Below are positions 41,679-58,986 of a stretch of DNA of 64,000 bases, piece after piece. Numbering within the stretch: the first letter of the stretch is position 1; every line of letters starts with the position of its first letter. A program made the translations under genes and the position numbers. Source of the stretch: Octopus sinensis (taxonomy: Eukaryota); assembly GCF_006345805.1 (NCBI RefSeq), contig NC_043014.1, positions 36,332,001-36,396,000 of the forward strand, in the 5' to 3' direction. The notes under the pieces were generated by a model. The model saw only the letters and a program-made list of their open reading frames with translations, made no database searches and was not told where the DNA came from.

Positions 41679-42760
41679 ATGGAGAAATTACCGATTCACT
41701 TATCTTTACAAGACTTTCCTATTCCACCTAGAAAGGATTTCATGAAGGATCTGATTAATAAGACTTTTGAATTGATTCATAGAATCCGTTGGGCGGCTTT
41801 TTACCATGAAAAGGATTTTATAAAAGAAAATAACCCTCATAAAGAAGATACTGAACTTTTTAAAAAGATCTTTGAGACAAAGAAATTTCCACCACCATAC
41901 CGCCATTTGGAGGCTTTTGAAGACGATTTATGGAATATTGTCAAGAATATTAAATTTGTTGTATATTCCCTCCGGGAAATTGAACATTTAAAGAAACTAA
42001 ATTCTTTACTATGTGATCTTAAAAGAAAAAAATAGAATTATGGAGCAATGAAACTTATATGATTAGGATCTATTAAAATATCATGAATGAATGAAGAAAG
42101 AGATTACTAGTAATTATAATGTAGTAAGTAAAAAGTTTTAAGGTTCATTAACTTAGATGCTAAGAAAATTATGAATGACAAGGACCTTGGTGATAGAACA
42201 GAGACTTTTGTGTCTATGAGGCCTAGGATAACTTTAAAAAATCACAAGGAAAACAATTTTTTCTATTCTGAAGTGAGAATAATTTTCCCAGGCTTATCTG
42301 ACCTGAGTACATTAAGTAAAGATTTTCTTGATATGTGTATACTTAAGAAAAACATATAGTCAAGAAAAACATAAAACTTGAACTTTTGTCTAATACACAG
42401 GAAACTATTTATTGGTTTGCTAGACTGGATAATAAAAATAGAAGTAAATTTATACAGATATATATTAATAACTATTATTCTTCTATTAATCCTGTTGAGC
42501 TTAATAATGCTTTTTATCTGCTAGAGAAAAAAACTCTAACTTTATTTTAAAGAAATTAAAGTAAGTTTGGGAGTTCAAAAATCTCTTATTTTATTTGATA
42601 ATAAGTCCTTGGCAAGAAAAAGTAGCAATGAGTTTTTGACATTACCATGGGATCTGCTGATTCTGATCTATACATTCTATTTTATTTAATAATAAATTTC
42701 CAGATATTAAAGGTGGACTGTATAGAGATGATGTGCTGTTTTTGATTAATAGTGACACCT
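41679..42760 (+). pseudogene. Penelope-like RT portion, copy B
   Basis: Paralog of 14346-15432; YRDD at ~42721. Confidence 0.8.
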
Positions 42761-43119
42761 TCAGCAAGTGTCTTCTACTATAGCCTCAGGTCGAGCAAAG
42801 CCTTGTGAGTGGATTTGGTAGACGGAAACTGAAAGAAGCCTGTCGCATATATATGTATATATATGTGTATCTATGTATATATGTATATATATATCTGTGT
42901 GTGTATGTCGGTGTATTTCTCCCCATCGCCACTTGACAACTGGTGTTGGTGTGTTTACGTCTCCGTAACTTAGGATGGAGGTGACAAAAGAGACCGATAC
43001 AATATGTACCAGGCTTAAATTATAATTAGTGGGGTATATTCAATCGATTAAAATCTCATGACGGTGCCCCAGCATGACTGCAGTCTAATGACTGAAGTAA
43101 GTAAAAGACAAAAGATGAA

Positions 43120-43157
<38 letters not shown>

Positions 43158-43454
43158 AGATAGGGTTTGTAAATTCAACCCTGCATGGGATAACATATAT
43201 CCAATATACTGCTAGAGAAGTACCCAATAAAGCTAATACATAAATGTTAAAAATTGCGATGCAATTAATTCATCTACTGTATTATGTGGGTAAAGGTAAA
43301 ATTATTACCGTAAATTAATAATACAAAATGAGAAGATGGAGAAACATACCTAAATCAACTGTATTATGTGGGCAAAGGTAAAATTATTACCGTAAATTAA
43401 TAATACAAAATGAGAAAATGGAGAAACATACCTAAATCAATCATCAACCATCGA

Positions 43455-45117
43455 GACTGGATATACTGAAAAAAAGACTACATAAAATTTTAAAAGTTTT
43501 GGCCTATCCACAATTATTGAAAATGAAAACTATTCTGCCAATTATTTGGATGTCAATTGGAACCTTACTAATGGGATACATGAACCTTATATTAAACCCA
43601 ATTCTAACTTAGTATATATAAACCGTTCTAGCAATCACCCCCCTCAAATTAAAAGATCACTAGTGCGTAGCATTAATCAGAGAATCTCTTATCTATCCTC
43701 AAACGGGGACATTTTTAATAAGCATTGTGATAGATATAATACAGCCTTGCTGAAAGCAGGCTACAAAAGTAAAATATGGTATATACCCAAGGATAATCCT
43801 TCAAATATAGGTGGAACCATTAAGAACAACGCCAATAGATTTAGGACAAACAATAATAACTGTAAGACAAGGAAAAATAGGATATATAAAAACGATTATG
43901 ATAATTATAGAGGTGTTGGTAATCTTGGAGCTGTTGACGTTAGTTTAAATAAATTAGCGCACATAAGTGATGGTAGTAATATTAATAATATGCATATTAA
44001 AACTAATGGTAGGTATGATAATAATAAAGTTTATTTACGCAATAATTATGGTAATATTGATAATGATAGGTATAACAATGATAATGTTAAGGATAGTAAA
44101 CATATGGGATGGAGGAGGAACAAGGTTTTTACTAAAAATAACAATTTGATAGGCAACCCTAATACTGATAAGGATACACTATGGCTGATAATCCCATATG
44201 CATTGCAGATAAAAACAGACATAGTTAGAGCTTTGCACAATGTAATATTTAGGCACTTTGTTAAGGGTAGGAATGAATTTGGTCAATTAATTAACAATGG
44301 AACTGTTAGAATAAGATATAGCATTACACATAATTTAGCCACCATCATCTCATTTAATAACAGGAAGCTGGATTACTTCTATAATGATAGAAAGTTGAAT
44401 TTAGATAATAGTAATTTGCCTCTCTATAATCGTAGGAACAATATATCTTTTGGAGCTAACGCGAACAACCCTCTTGCAAATTATGATGGTACCGTACCTG
44501 TAAGGAAAAATATTAATGTATTAGATGATAACACTAACAATAATACTATTACTATTGATAGGAATATCGCCAATAATGATAAATCCCATCATTCGTTGAA
44601 TTTGGGATTGGATAGTAAAAATAATTGTAACACTATTAATGGGAATAGTGTTACAGAAATTTTGGCCAATGTTAGATTACCCCAACCTGTTGATAACTGT
44701 AATTTCAGAAACAGAAATCAATGTGTGTTTGGTAATCAATGCCTCAAGAAAGAGGTAGTTTATCAATGCACTGTGGATACACAATTTAGCAGTAGGGTAT
44801 ACATCGGAGCAACTATGAATAGCATGAAACAGAGACTTAATTATCATAGATATACTTTTAGAAATAAAAATAGGATGTACTCTACGGGGTTAAGTGCGTA
44901 TATTTGGGAACTCAAAAGTAAGAACTTAGATTTTAAATTAAATTGGAAAATACTAACTTCTGCACCTGTATATAATAGTAAAAATAAAAAATGCTCTCTA
45001 TGTATTAATGAAATTTTTTTCATTATCAAAGCTGGTAGGCTTATTATTAATAATATTAATGAGCAAAATTTTTTTTGCATTCATAAACTACCGTACACTT
45101 TCTCTAGATTTAAATAG
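43455..45117 (+). CDS. Penelope-like element ORF, C-terminal half: RT thumb, Asn-rich linker, GIY-YIG endonuclease
   Basis: NYLDV, SSNHPPQI, RISYLSS, AGY; CN..NQCVFGNQCL; VVYQC..VYIGAT..KQRL..H; STGLSAYIWELK; CSLCINE. Confidence 0.9.
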
Positions 45118-47958
<2,841 letters not shown>

Positions 47959-48874
47959 GTGAATAGATATATAGATATGTTTCTTTATTAGCTACACAGG
48001 GCTGCACACAGACGGGACAGATTACAAAGTAGAGCTGTTCTTTATGGGGGGAAAACAAAAAAGTGGGGTAGGTTTTCGATCAAAAGGGATCGTAAAAGGG
48101 AAAGAAAGAAAAATAACGATCAATAGGGATCGTGTATCCCAGTAATGTCATGATGTAAAGTGTAAGGGGGAAAGTAAATAGGGTTTATCCGTGGAGAGAA
48201 AAGCTTTCGGAAAATACCCCGGTAACCTCGGTCAATAATGTTAAATGTTAACATTTATAGATAGAGGAAAGGGTAGTACAAATGTCAAAACCATACACTT
48301 CAGCCTACAAACTTTTGCTAAAATACATTCAAATATGCTTAAGTTAAATTCTTCATAATAAGGATGGATTTATGGTTTTGAAATTTGTACTACCCCTTCC
48401 CCTATCAATAAATAGAAAATTCTTGTTTGTCTTCATTGAACCAAGATAAGAAACCCCCTCCCCACTGATAGATCTAAGTAGCAAAGTGAACTCAGTGATA
48501 AGAAATCTACCAATGGAGAAGGACATACTACCACCACGTTCTTAATGATGAAATTAACCTCTCTGTCTATATATCTACCCTCTTTGTAATGTTGGCAAAT
48601 GAAATAAGTATAAATATGTACATTGTCCATTTAATTAAAAAAAAAACTTCTATATGTGGCTGAAGATTGCTCGACATTTAACAACTGACGTAATACTTAC
48701 AGTGTTTAATAAAATGAAGTAGCATGAAACGATTGTACTACACTACCTTGGATATCCTTGTTGCTTATTTTGATTATAATCACCCCATTTGATTTATATG
48801 GATAATACCATACCAAATTCTGGTGCCTTTAACTTAAGTACCATATTCATCTGGATCTAAATTTTGCTGAACTT

Positions 48875-48944
<70 letters not shown>

Positions 48945-49225
48945 GTAGAAATATGTTATAAAAAGAAAATATAAAATACACGTTGAAATGTAAGAGTAAA
49001 ATATGAAAAATCTACGAAAATGCACATTGCAAATAGAAAAAGGCTATTTCTGACAGGTAACGACAAATATATACACTTAGATTGACTGAGGTAGTAATAC
49101 GAGTCATAAAAGTCATTATTATGAGGTGATTATAAGATGATAACAAAGTAAGAGAACAAAACGATCCATGCTTTAAGCAAAGCTACTCATCGTTTGAAAA
49201 ACACCGGCTAATATCATATATATAT

Positions 49226-49267
<42 letters not shown>

Positions 49268-49396
49268 TCAGCCGAAATTACTACGATGATCCGGTTCTTG
49301 ACTGAAGACTGAGGGGTTCGAATGTCCTGTCCATGTTTATTGTATCGTCTTCTAAGAGTTATACGTTCTTGTCCATGTTGTATTTTTCTACATACC

Positions 49397-49455
<59 letters not shown>

Positions 49456-50706
49456 CAGAAGACGAAGACAGCAGGTGTATTATTTTAACGCTCGGGATGA
49501 AAGCAAAAGTCTTTTAAGTCTCGAGCCTATGCTTTTCGACAGAAAGGATTAAGAGGAAAAAAAATGGAGAGAGAATGATGACAACTGTGAAAGAATAAAG
49601 AAAATTGGGAAAGAAACGGAAGTGCACAGAAAAATTGTCCAACATGGCGAGATGACCGGAAAATAGAGGTTGAATGAAAGCGAGATAATAATCATAACGA
49701 TAACGGTAATATCCAAGGATCTTAGGTGCACAAGCGCATGTGTGTTTGGGAGGACGGTGTCTGTGAATGTGTTTATGAGAATGGATGCTAGTGTGTGAGT
49801 GGGTTAGCTGAAAATTATGTTGACTTCTGTGTGTCAGTGTGTACATTATGTGAAGTGACATGCATTCCACGTACTGGTTGGTGTGAGTGTGTGCGTACGG
49901 TTGTATCTAATTTTTGTGCTCCCAAGGGGTACGCTACTGACTATGTGAGAAATTTTAAGAGTCTAAAGCAGTGCTTTTCAAACTTTTTGCTGGAGCGGAA
50001 CCCCAAGGAAACATTCCACTGGCTCGAGGAACCCCTGTGCAATAATTTAATAGTCTGATGCACACATATCTGCACAGGAGAATAAAAAATTACTGCCGAT
50101 TTTAGCAGTTTTGTAACATTTTGTGGAACCCCTGGAGTGTGCTGGTGGAACCGTAAGGTTCCGCGGAACCCTGGTTGAAAACTATTGGTCTAAAGCCATC
50201 CCTGGAACATAAGTAATGTACGTTCGCAGTTTGGAGGAAATCAGTTGAAAAATACTGTCTTTATACACTTTTACAAACACAGACAGAACGGGATATGTAC
50301 GTATGTATGTATGTATGTATGTATGTATGTATGTATGTATGTATGTATGTATGTATGTACGTATGTATGTATGTATGTATGTATGTACGTGCGTATGTAC
50401 GTATGTATGTATGTATGTATGTATGTATGTATGCATATATGTATGTATATATGTATGTGTGTGTGTGTGTGTGTTTGTGTAAAATTAACCTAGTGTATGT
50501 GTTGTGTGGAGAAATGTGCGTTTTGTGTATCCCTCTGTATGTGTGTGTGCGTGCATATGGACGTGTGTGTGTGTGCATATGGACGTGTGTGTGTGTGCAT
50601 ATGGATGTGTGTATATGTGTGAAGCTAACGTCTCTGTGTGCGCGTGTGTCTGTTGTGTTGCACGTGTAGCCGTTCATGTGAGCTTATTCAGGTAGTGTGT
50701 GCACGT

Positions 50707-50744
<38 letters not shown>

Positions 50745-51241
50745 ATCTGTAATCAAATAGTGTGCACATCTATAGTGTATTTTTGTAGCGAATGTTATCC
50801 GTGTCAATGCGTGTTATGCGTGTTTATGTGTGTTGCGTGTGTATCTATATATTCTCTGTGTTCGGATATTATGTGTTTGTGTGGGTGTGAGAGTGTGCAT
50901 GATGGTGTGTGGTGTGTGTACTGAATTAAACAGTGTGTTGTGTTGTTCGTATTATGGTATTTGTGGCGAGCTGGCAGAAACGTTAACACGCCGGGCGAAA
51001 TGCGTAGCCGTATTTCATCTGCCGTTACGTTCTGAGTTCAAATTCCGCCGAGGTCGACTTTGCCTTTCATCTTTTCAGGGTCGATAAATAAAGTACCAGT
51101 TTCGCACTGCGGTCGTTGTAATCGACTTAATACCTATGTCTCTGCTTGTTTGTCCTCTCTCTGTGTGTAGCCCCTTGAGGGCAGTAAAGAAATAGGTATT
51201 TGTGGTGACGCTGTTGAAAAGTGTATGTCGGTGTGTAGTTA

Positions 51242-51278
<37 letters not shown>

Positions 51279-51387
51279 CGTGCGTGTGTGTATACTGTGT
51301 CTTTCGAAGATGAAAGCATGTTATCTAAGAGAAGAATATTCAGTGTTGTAACAGAAAAAAATATTATGTTTCTTAATATTAACTTAC

Positions 51388-51433
51388 AAGCCGAGGTGTA
51401 AGAAGACATCAGTAACATCATAACTAACAACAT
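51388..51433 (-). CDS. Ig-like gene B, signal-peptide exon MLLVMMLLMSSYTSA
   Basis: ATG at 51433, donor T|GTAAGTT; paralog of 21958-22003. Confidence 0.75.
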
Positions 51434-53143
51434 TATTGATCTTGTGCGACAGGTATAAGGCAGGAGGAGAAATGATTGTCGGCTTCCAGAAAGCAGAAAT
51501 TTTACGAAAAGATATCTCTTACAAATAGCGTAATCGAAAGGCAAACATAACAGACTTAGAGAGAAAAACGCAACTCCAACTTGAAGTGTGAGTGAACTGA
51601 AAGTCCCGTCTTCCTGTTTCATTCTTTTTCTCTCCCTATCTTTCTCTTTCTCCCTCTCTCTGTCTGTCTGTTTCTCTCCCTTTCTCTTTTCTGCATATAC
51701 ACATACAAGGATGAAAAGAAAGATAGAGAATTTCGAAGTACTGAGAGATTGGGTGAAAGAAGTATTGTGATTAAGAAAAAGACGCCGACTTAGGACGCGG
51801 GAGAGGAAAGTGAGGGAAAGTTATAAGGATATGAAAGTAAGAAAGGGAGAGAAGAAGGAAGATTGGCAAGAAGGAGTTACAGTAAAAGATTAAGAAGAAC
51901 GTCATGGAAAAGTGAGAGGGAGGGAGTGAAAGGGACAAATATAGAGAGAATGAGCGTAAGAGTAGAGAAGGTGAGAGAGAGAGAACAAAACGAGAAGAAC
52001 AGTCAAGACATTTTCTTTTTTTTACTACATTTGTTTGGTATTTTTCTAATAGATTTTTCAATATGACGCTACACTGGACACTGGATGACCTAGCTGACCT
52101 TGCTGACCTAGCTGCTTGAACAGCTTCCTAAGCATTCTTCCGACTCGGTTGATTCATGCCAAAGGGGATCGTCGGTAGTGGTAGGCTTATCAGGATTTCT
52201 ACCTTATCGAAGCTCCTTCTTCATTGTAAGGTTATCCTGGCAGTTGAGAAAAAAAGGATTTACTCCACTCCCCTAACAGTCTGGATTGCTGCTACACAAG
52301 GGATTGGAAATGAAACGGTATGGGATCTTTTCGGTTTGAACGGCAGTTCTTTAAAATAATTTGCACGTAACTAAACACTTTTAAACTTCGTATACTGGTA
52401 GAATGTGTTAATAAAACATCTTTTTCTCTTGACTTTATTGAGAAAATTCTACAGTTTGTAAGATATTTGTTGTGTTTTTTTCTTCAATTTCTGAAATTTC
52501 AACCAATCAATGACGTCTATTGAGGTGAAAACATTATGTGCCGTATGAATATGTCCCTCGTTTAAGAAACAGATTGGGTTTATTTACATTTCTGAAGATA
52601 AAAAAGATACCCTTCCCCCCACCCCTAAGCCTAACCCTAACTAACCCTAACTAACCCTAAACCTTAAACAGATTGAAATGCAATAGATCGATACTAGGGT
52701 CATAATTATGGGTGACAATTTCGTATGACACCGCTAGAAAAAACTGCCGTTCAAATCGCAAAGATCCACGGTACGTTCATCTCTTCGAATTCTGACATTG
52801 TGCTTAGCAACAGGCTCACTGTTTCTTCATCCGAATATCTCATAACTCTGCTTAGTTGATTGGCGTTCCCCTCCACTGGATCCTTTGAAAGTTCCCAATT
52901 CCTCCTACCATAAATATATTCGGTAAGCGAACATACGTCAATGATGCTGAATCTGGCAACTGAGTTATCTCCAGCCTCAGCCGTCAACCAGCATCACCTT
53001 ACCCACTGACCCTTCGGGTTTGCAGACATAACGTTGAAATTTCTGCCACTCACTCTTGTTGCTTCGTGGAGGTCATTTATCTGCTGATCTATACTGTATT
53101 TGGTTGGATATACAAGCATATTAAAGGAGTCGGCACCGTGGGC

Positions 53144-53185
<42 letters not shown>

Positions 53186-53187
<2 letters not shown>

Positions 53188-55531
53188 AGAGCAGACCATG
53201 TACGGGCCAAAGGAAAGCATGGACATGCAGTCTACAAGAAACTCTCAGAATCTTTCCAGCTTGAACTTCTATATGCAAACTGGAAACAAATTGAGAAAGC
53301 GATCCTCAACCAAAACTGGCCTGAATGTCTCTCCTCGCCAGACATCGACATGAAACTCCAACAATTCATGTATGTAATGCAAGCCATATACTACAAATGT
53401 GTCCCAGAGAGAAAGGCCACTGTACACAAGAACAAAATCCCCAGAGAGAGGAAAATTCTAATGAGACGGCGTACAAAAGTTTCAAGTCGCCTAAACAAAC
53501 TAATTGAAAGCAGTGAAAAGTCCCGCCTGAAAATAAAACTGTTGGAAATTGAAAAATGTCTGCAACTCTCCCATGAAAAAGAAAGAGCAGACAAAGAAGC
53601 CTGGGCTATAGACAACATTATATCTAACCCCAGAGCTTTCCACAGGTATGCCAAAGAAACAGCTACGGTGCACTGTACGATAGGGCAATTCCTTGAAAAG
53701 GATGGCACACTCACAGGAAATCCATTGAGGATAAGTGAAATACTAAATGAGCAATTCAAGTGTATTTTCACTCCACCCCTAGGGCATTTTCAAGTCAGCA
53801 ATCCAACTGACTTCTTCACCACTGCAGATATAAAATCAGAGGCAGCGATGATTGAATACATCAATATAAAGGAAGACGATGTAATAAAGGCTATAGATGA
53901 AATGAAAGCAAACTCAGCAACTGGCCCCGATGGATTCCCAGCAATCCTTCTAAAAGTATGTAAGAGAGTCCTAGCAAGACCACTGCAGTTCCTCTTTCAG
54001 AGCTTCCTTGCACTGGCAAACTTCAAAGAAAACTGAAGGAAGGTAAAATATGCCCTATTCATAAAGGAGGTAGCAGAGCGGAGGCCAAGAACTACAGACC
54101 TATCTCTCTGACCTCACACATCAGCAAGATCATGGAACGAATAGTCAGAAGGAAACCAATCACCTTCCTTGAAGAAAATGACTTGCTGCTTGACGCCCAA
54201 CATGGTTTCCGACCAGGAAGAAGCTGCTTAACTCAGCTCCTACAACACTATGACTGGGTACTGAAACGACTGCTCAACCACTCAAATGTGGAAGTCATAT
54301 ATCTCGACTTTGCCAAGGTCTTTGATAAAGTCGACCATGGAATGATATGTCACAAACTGCGTGTTCTTGGCATAGTTGGAAAATTGGGAATCAGGTGGTA
54401 GTAGCCAATGGGGCCACTTCTATTAACACGCAAACAGTGAGCAGTGTTCCGCAAGGCAGTTTTGGGACCACTACTGTTCATAATGGCCCTCTCAGACATG
54501 CCCTCAGCCACGCAGAGAGCCACGATCACAAGTTATGCAGATGATACAAAAGTTTCACAGGCAGTACAGAACCATGAAGACACTAAGCACATGCAATGGG
54601 GGCTGGACAAAATATACAAGTGGGCTGAAAAGAATAGCATGCAGTTCAATGCTGAAAAGTTTCAAGCTTTATGCTATCAGCTTGCAAAACTAAATGCAAT
54701 ACCCAATAAATACACTGGACCTGGAGGGATTGCAATCCCAGAAGCACAATCAGTGCGAGACCTGGGTATTTACATGAGTGATGATGCAACCTTTCATGTG
54801 CATGTTGCTAAATTGGCAATGAAATGTAGGCGGCTGACCGGATGAATTCTTAGAACCTTTAGAACAAGAGACCAGGAAACCATGATGGTTCTCTGGAGGA
54901 CACTTGTCCTAAACCACTTTGACTATTGCTCTCAGCTATGGTCACCATCCAGTGTCAAGTTAATCACAGAACTTGAGGCGATCCAACGAAGCTACACGAA
55001 GAAGATAGCCTCTGTGCAGCATATAAGCTACTGGGAAAGACTCAAGAGATTAAGTCTCTATTCCTTAGAGCGTAGGCGAGAAAGACATGCCATAATATAC
55101 ATCTGGAAGATCCTAGAAGGACTTGTCCTAAACTTTGGCATCGGGAGTTACACAAATACCAGAACTGGGCGCCACTGCATAGTGCCAAGGACTCCAAATT
55201 TACCATCAAGATGTAGGACAAGATACTGTGATAGCCTGGGCTTCAGAGGCCCACAGCTCTTCAATATCCTCCCGAAGAACCTGAGAGACCTGCATGGGGT
55301 GGATGCAGATGTCTTTAAAATAAAACTGGATCTCTTCCTGCCAGGTGTCCAAGATGAACCAACTTCACGGCAGGAGGTGCAGATGAGGGCAGCTGCATCG
55401 AACTCTCTCATGCACCAAATGGCAATAGCTAAAAAGCATTTGTGAAGTAAAATCATGTAGCAACACCAAATTGCGGTGCCCCAGCATGGCCACAGCTCGT
55501 GAGCTAAAACTAGATAAAATAAAATAAAAAT

Positions 55532-55535
<4 letters not shown>
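53186..55535 (+). mobile_element. 5'-truncated CR1/L2-group LINE, copy B only
   Basis: SATGPDG, NYRPISLTS, QHGFRPGRSCLTQL, YLDFAKVFDKVDH, VPQG.VLGPLLF, YADDTK, LEAIQR, LERRR; (taaaa)n tail; inserted in (TA)n. Confidence 0.92.
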
Positions 55536-55576
<41 letters not shown>

Positions 55577-55731
55577 GAATTAGAGATAAAACCACTATTA
55601 GGCAACTCAAACTGTTTGAGTTGCCTAATAGTGGTTTTATCTCTAATTCATATTTTATATATTTATACTGTGAAATTTGATTTAATCCTAAATGTAATTT
55701 TTCCCTGTAAGTTTGGAGCCATACTCCCTAA

Positions 55732-55797
<66 letters not shown>

Positions 55798-55805
55798 CAT
55801 ATATA

Positions 55806-55837
<32 letters not shown>

Positions 55838-55856
55838 AATATATATATATATATAT

Positions 55857-55937
<81 letters not shown>

Positions 55938-55939
55938 TG

Positions 55940-56960
55940 TATTTTTACCTTGTTAACAATTAACACGGAAAAATAAATAAATAGTTACCAGGGCATCAAA
56001 AATCTCACAAGTAAAGGTGTTGTAACTCCTTGTTTATAAAGGTAGAAACTTCGTGTTTACGTTGAATATTTGAATAATATGAATAAAAAATGGAGTTAAC
56101 GCAGGTGCAAACAAATATTTTACTTTCGACACATGTTTCGAAAATTCCACTGATACTATTCAAAAGAATAAATGGTATAAACAATGCAATCTTCTCTTCG
56201 GGAAAGTGAAAAAAACGAAACTCGTCAATACGACATTTTAGCAAAAAATGATGGATTTGTATAGCGATAGACAGAACGCTATTAATATTGTTTAAAAAAC
56301 GTTATATGATATAACGTAATAAGTAGCTAACAGAAAGAGTAGGGATATTAATAGTGAATGTTAAATATAAAGGAAATTAAAGTTTAAATTATATATAATG
56401 ATAGAGACTACTTATATGCACTAAATGTATGTTTTTGCCAATGCCTATATTGTATGCTCGCTCTATAACCGTGTTTACTAGAGTATTTTTAGAAAAAATA
56501 ATGAAAAATAGCTCAGAATTGCAGAGAAGACAGAATTTCTTGCCTTTGTGATATGGTATCGAAATTGAGAGGATCAACCATTCTAAATGAAATTGTTCAT
56601 TGTGGTCTTTTAAGTCCCAAATCAGTTTGCTGAGACCGGTACTATTCCGTTTATTTCTATCCCTAAATGTTGAGTAATGGATAGAAATTCTTTTAGATAA
56701 CTCTAACGATGTGCTTCCAATGAAAATCGTACTTTATTACGAGTACTGATTATACACTGGTATATAGAATTTTTAATCTTAGAGTTACTTGACATAAACT
56801 TAATTCTATTGGAATTGACTTCAGATACAATAACCTTGTTATTAATATTTCTAGAGGGTTGGATGGTATTAGCTAAATTAATGTTAGTATTAGTAAATGT
56901 ATTAATATTTAACAGTTTGTTATTATGAGAAGATATAATTTGCAAGAGATTTTTACACCT
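55940..56960 (-). mobile_element. Penelope-like 3' fragment (GIY-YIG + pLTR with variant hammerhead at 56123-56207)
   Basis: IYQCII...KKFCLLCNSELF; related to 17250-18575 and 24460-25030. Confidence 0.75.
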
Positions 56961-56982
56961 GCGTTAACTCCATTTTTTCTTC

Positions 56983-57025
<43 letters not shown>

Positions 57026-57396
57026 TACCAGAGTTTAGTAAGGTATTATCCATATAAATCAAATGGGGCGATTATAATCACCCCATTTGATTTATATGGA
57101 TAATACCTTCCATCTCATGCGCTTAATCAGGTCTGTAATTTTCTCCAAAAGTTTCTTTGAGTATAGTTCCATTGATGGTGTGTGTGCGTGTATAGACGTG
57201 TGCAGGTATGTGCGCATATAGGCGTGTGTGTGCGCGTGTATAAGTGTATGTGCGTATATAGACGTGGTTTGCTCTTTGTATACTCCCTTATGCCTTTTTT
57301 CTGTATTTTTACTCTTAACCCTCTGTTTTTTTTTCTCGGAGTTTTATCATGTCTACCGAATAATTCGCACATATTACATTTACAGATAAATTCGTC

Positions 57397-57471
<75 letters not shown>

Positions 57472-57979
57472 TATTATAATCTTATTATAAAAGGCAGATT
57501 TTATCTGCCTCCCTTTGTCACTTATAGAAATCTACAATATAGGATTTCTTCAATTACAATTTACCTAGCATTTTTAAGAGTAGAATGCATCGGGTCATGC
57601 CAGGTCCAGTTTTTAAATTTTAAACTCCAATTAAGCAAAATTTACAGAAAACTCACATTCTGGTGTGTATGTCAAATGCTTTTCTTAGTCTGGTTTACAG
57701 CACACGCAAACGCACACACAGTGTGCAACGAATAAAATGAAACTAATTCACTGTGAGTGTGTTGACAGGTAGACAAAAGAATGCGATGGCGATGGGGATG
57801 GCGATGTAATATTTGTTTCTGTCTATCACGCTGATAGATACATGAGTAAAATGTATGGCAAGCTAAGAGATAAGAGTGAGTGAAAATGTTCTTGGAAGAG
57901 AGTAAATAGCGAGAGTGATTTGAGGAAGACTTTACATTAAATAACCGTAGTGGCTTGTATATATATATATATACATACA

Positions 57980-58245
57980 TAAGACAGTAAGGTGTGATTT
58001 GAGGGAGATTTGGCTGCTATTTCTACCATGTCTAGCTGCCATGTAGGGGTCTCCCTCATAGGCTCATACATACATATATACATAGATAAGACAGTAAGGT
58101 GTGATTTGGGGGAAATTTGGCTGCTATTTCTACCAGGTCTAGCTACCATGTAGAGGTCCCCCTCATTGGCTCATATATATATACATACATAAGACAGTAA
58201 GGTGTGATTTGAGGGAGATTTGGCTGCTGTTTCTACCAGGTCTGT
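57980..58245 (+). repeat. ~105-bp tandem minisatellite, 2.5 copies
   Basis: taagacagtaaggtgtgatttg...gatttggctgctatttctacc at ~57980, 58087, 58190. Confidence 0.85.
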
Positions 58246-58626
58246 TAGGCCTTCTCATGTAAACTCAAGCTTTCTCATGCCTTGAACATAAGACCAAAGC
58301 AGAGAATGTATTCTTTTATTCTTCTGCTTTTTCCAGCCATTGGTCTGTGGCCATGCTGGGGCAATGCCTTGAAGAATTGTAGTTTAATGAATCAACTCCA
58401 GTTTTATTTTTGTAAGCATTGTACTTATTCTATCTGTTTCCTTTGTCAAACCACTAGGTGACAGGGATGTAAACAAACCAACATTCGTTGTCAAGCAGTG
58501 GTGGAGGACAATCACAAGCACAGACACGCACACACACACACACATACATGCATACACATATACACACATACATACATACATACATACATATATACATATA
58601 TATATATGTGTGTATATATATATTGC

Positions 58627-58877
58627 AGCGTGGAGGGTGTTTGTAAGCCATTTAAGAAACACACAAAAAACGTTAGATTCACTTCAACATTTAAATTTAA
58701 TTTGCCAAAATATTTTCCCCGCTTTGAGACCGCGACCTGTTCACTGACAAAAATATCGTGCTAACAGGTCGCGGTCTCAAAGCGACGAAAATATTTTGGC
58801 AAATTAAATTTAAATGTTGAAGTGAATCTAACGGTTTTTGTGTGTTTCTTAAATGGCTTATAAACACCTTCAACGCT
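58627..58877. mobile_element. Fold-back MITE with ~115-bp arms and a ~20-nt loop
   Basis: ggtgtttgtaagccatttaagaaacacac...gagaccgcgacctgtt / aacaggtcgcggtctc...gtgtgtttcttaaatggcttataaacacc. Confidence 0.85.
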
Positions 58878-58942
58878 CCAACTGTTTTCGTTCCAGCACA
58901 CGATCTCAGATCAAGTCACTTGCTATGCAAGTACATCTCTGC

Positions 58943-58986
<44 letters not shown>

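Noticed and set aside
57980-58245. CRISPR-like spaced repeats
   Set aside because: Eukaryotic context, no unique spacers and no cas genes; it is a minisatellite.
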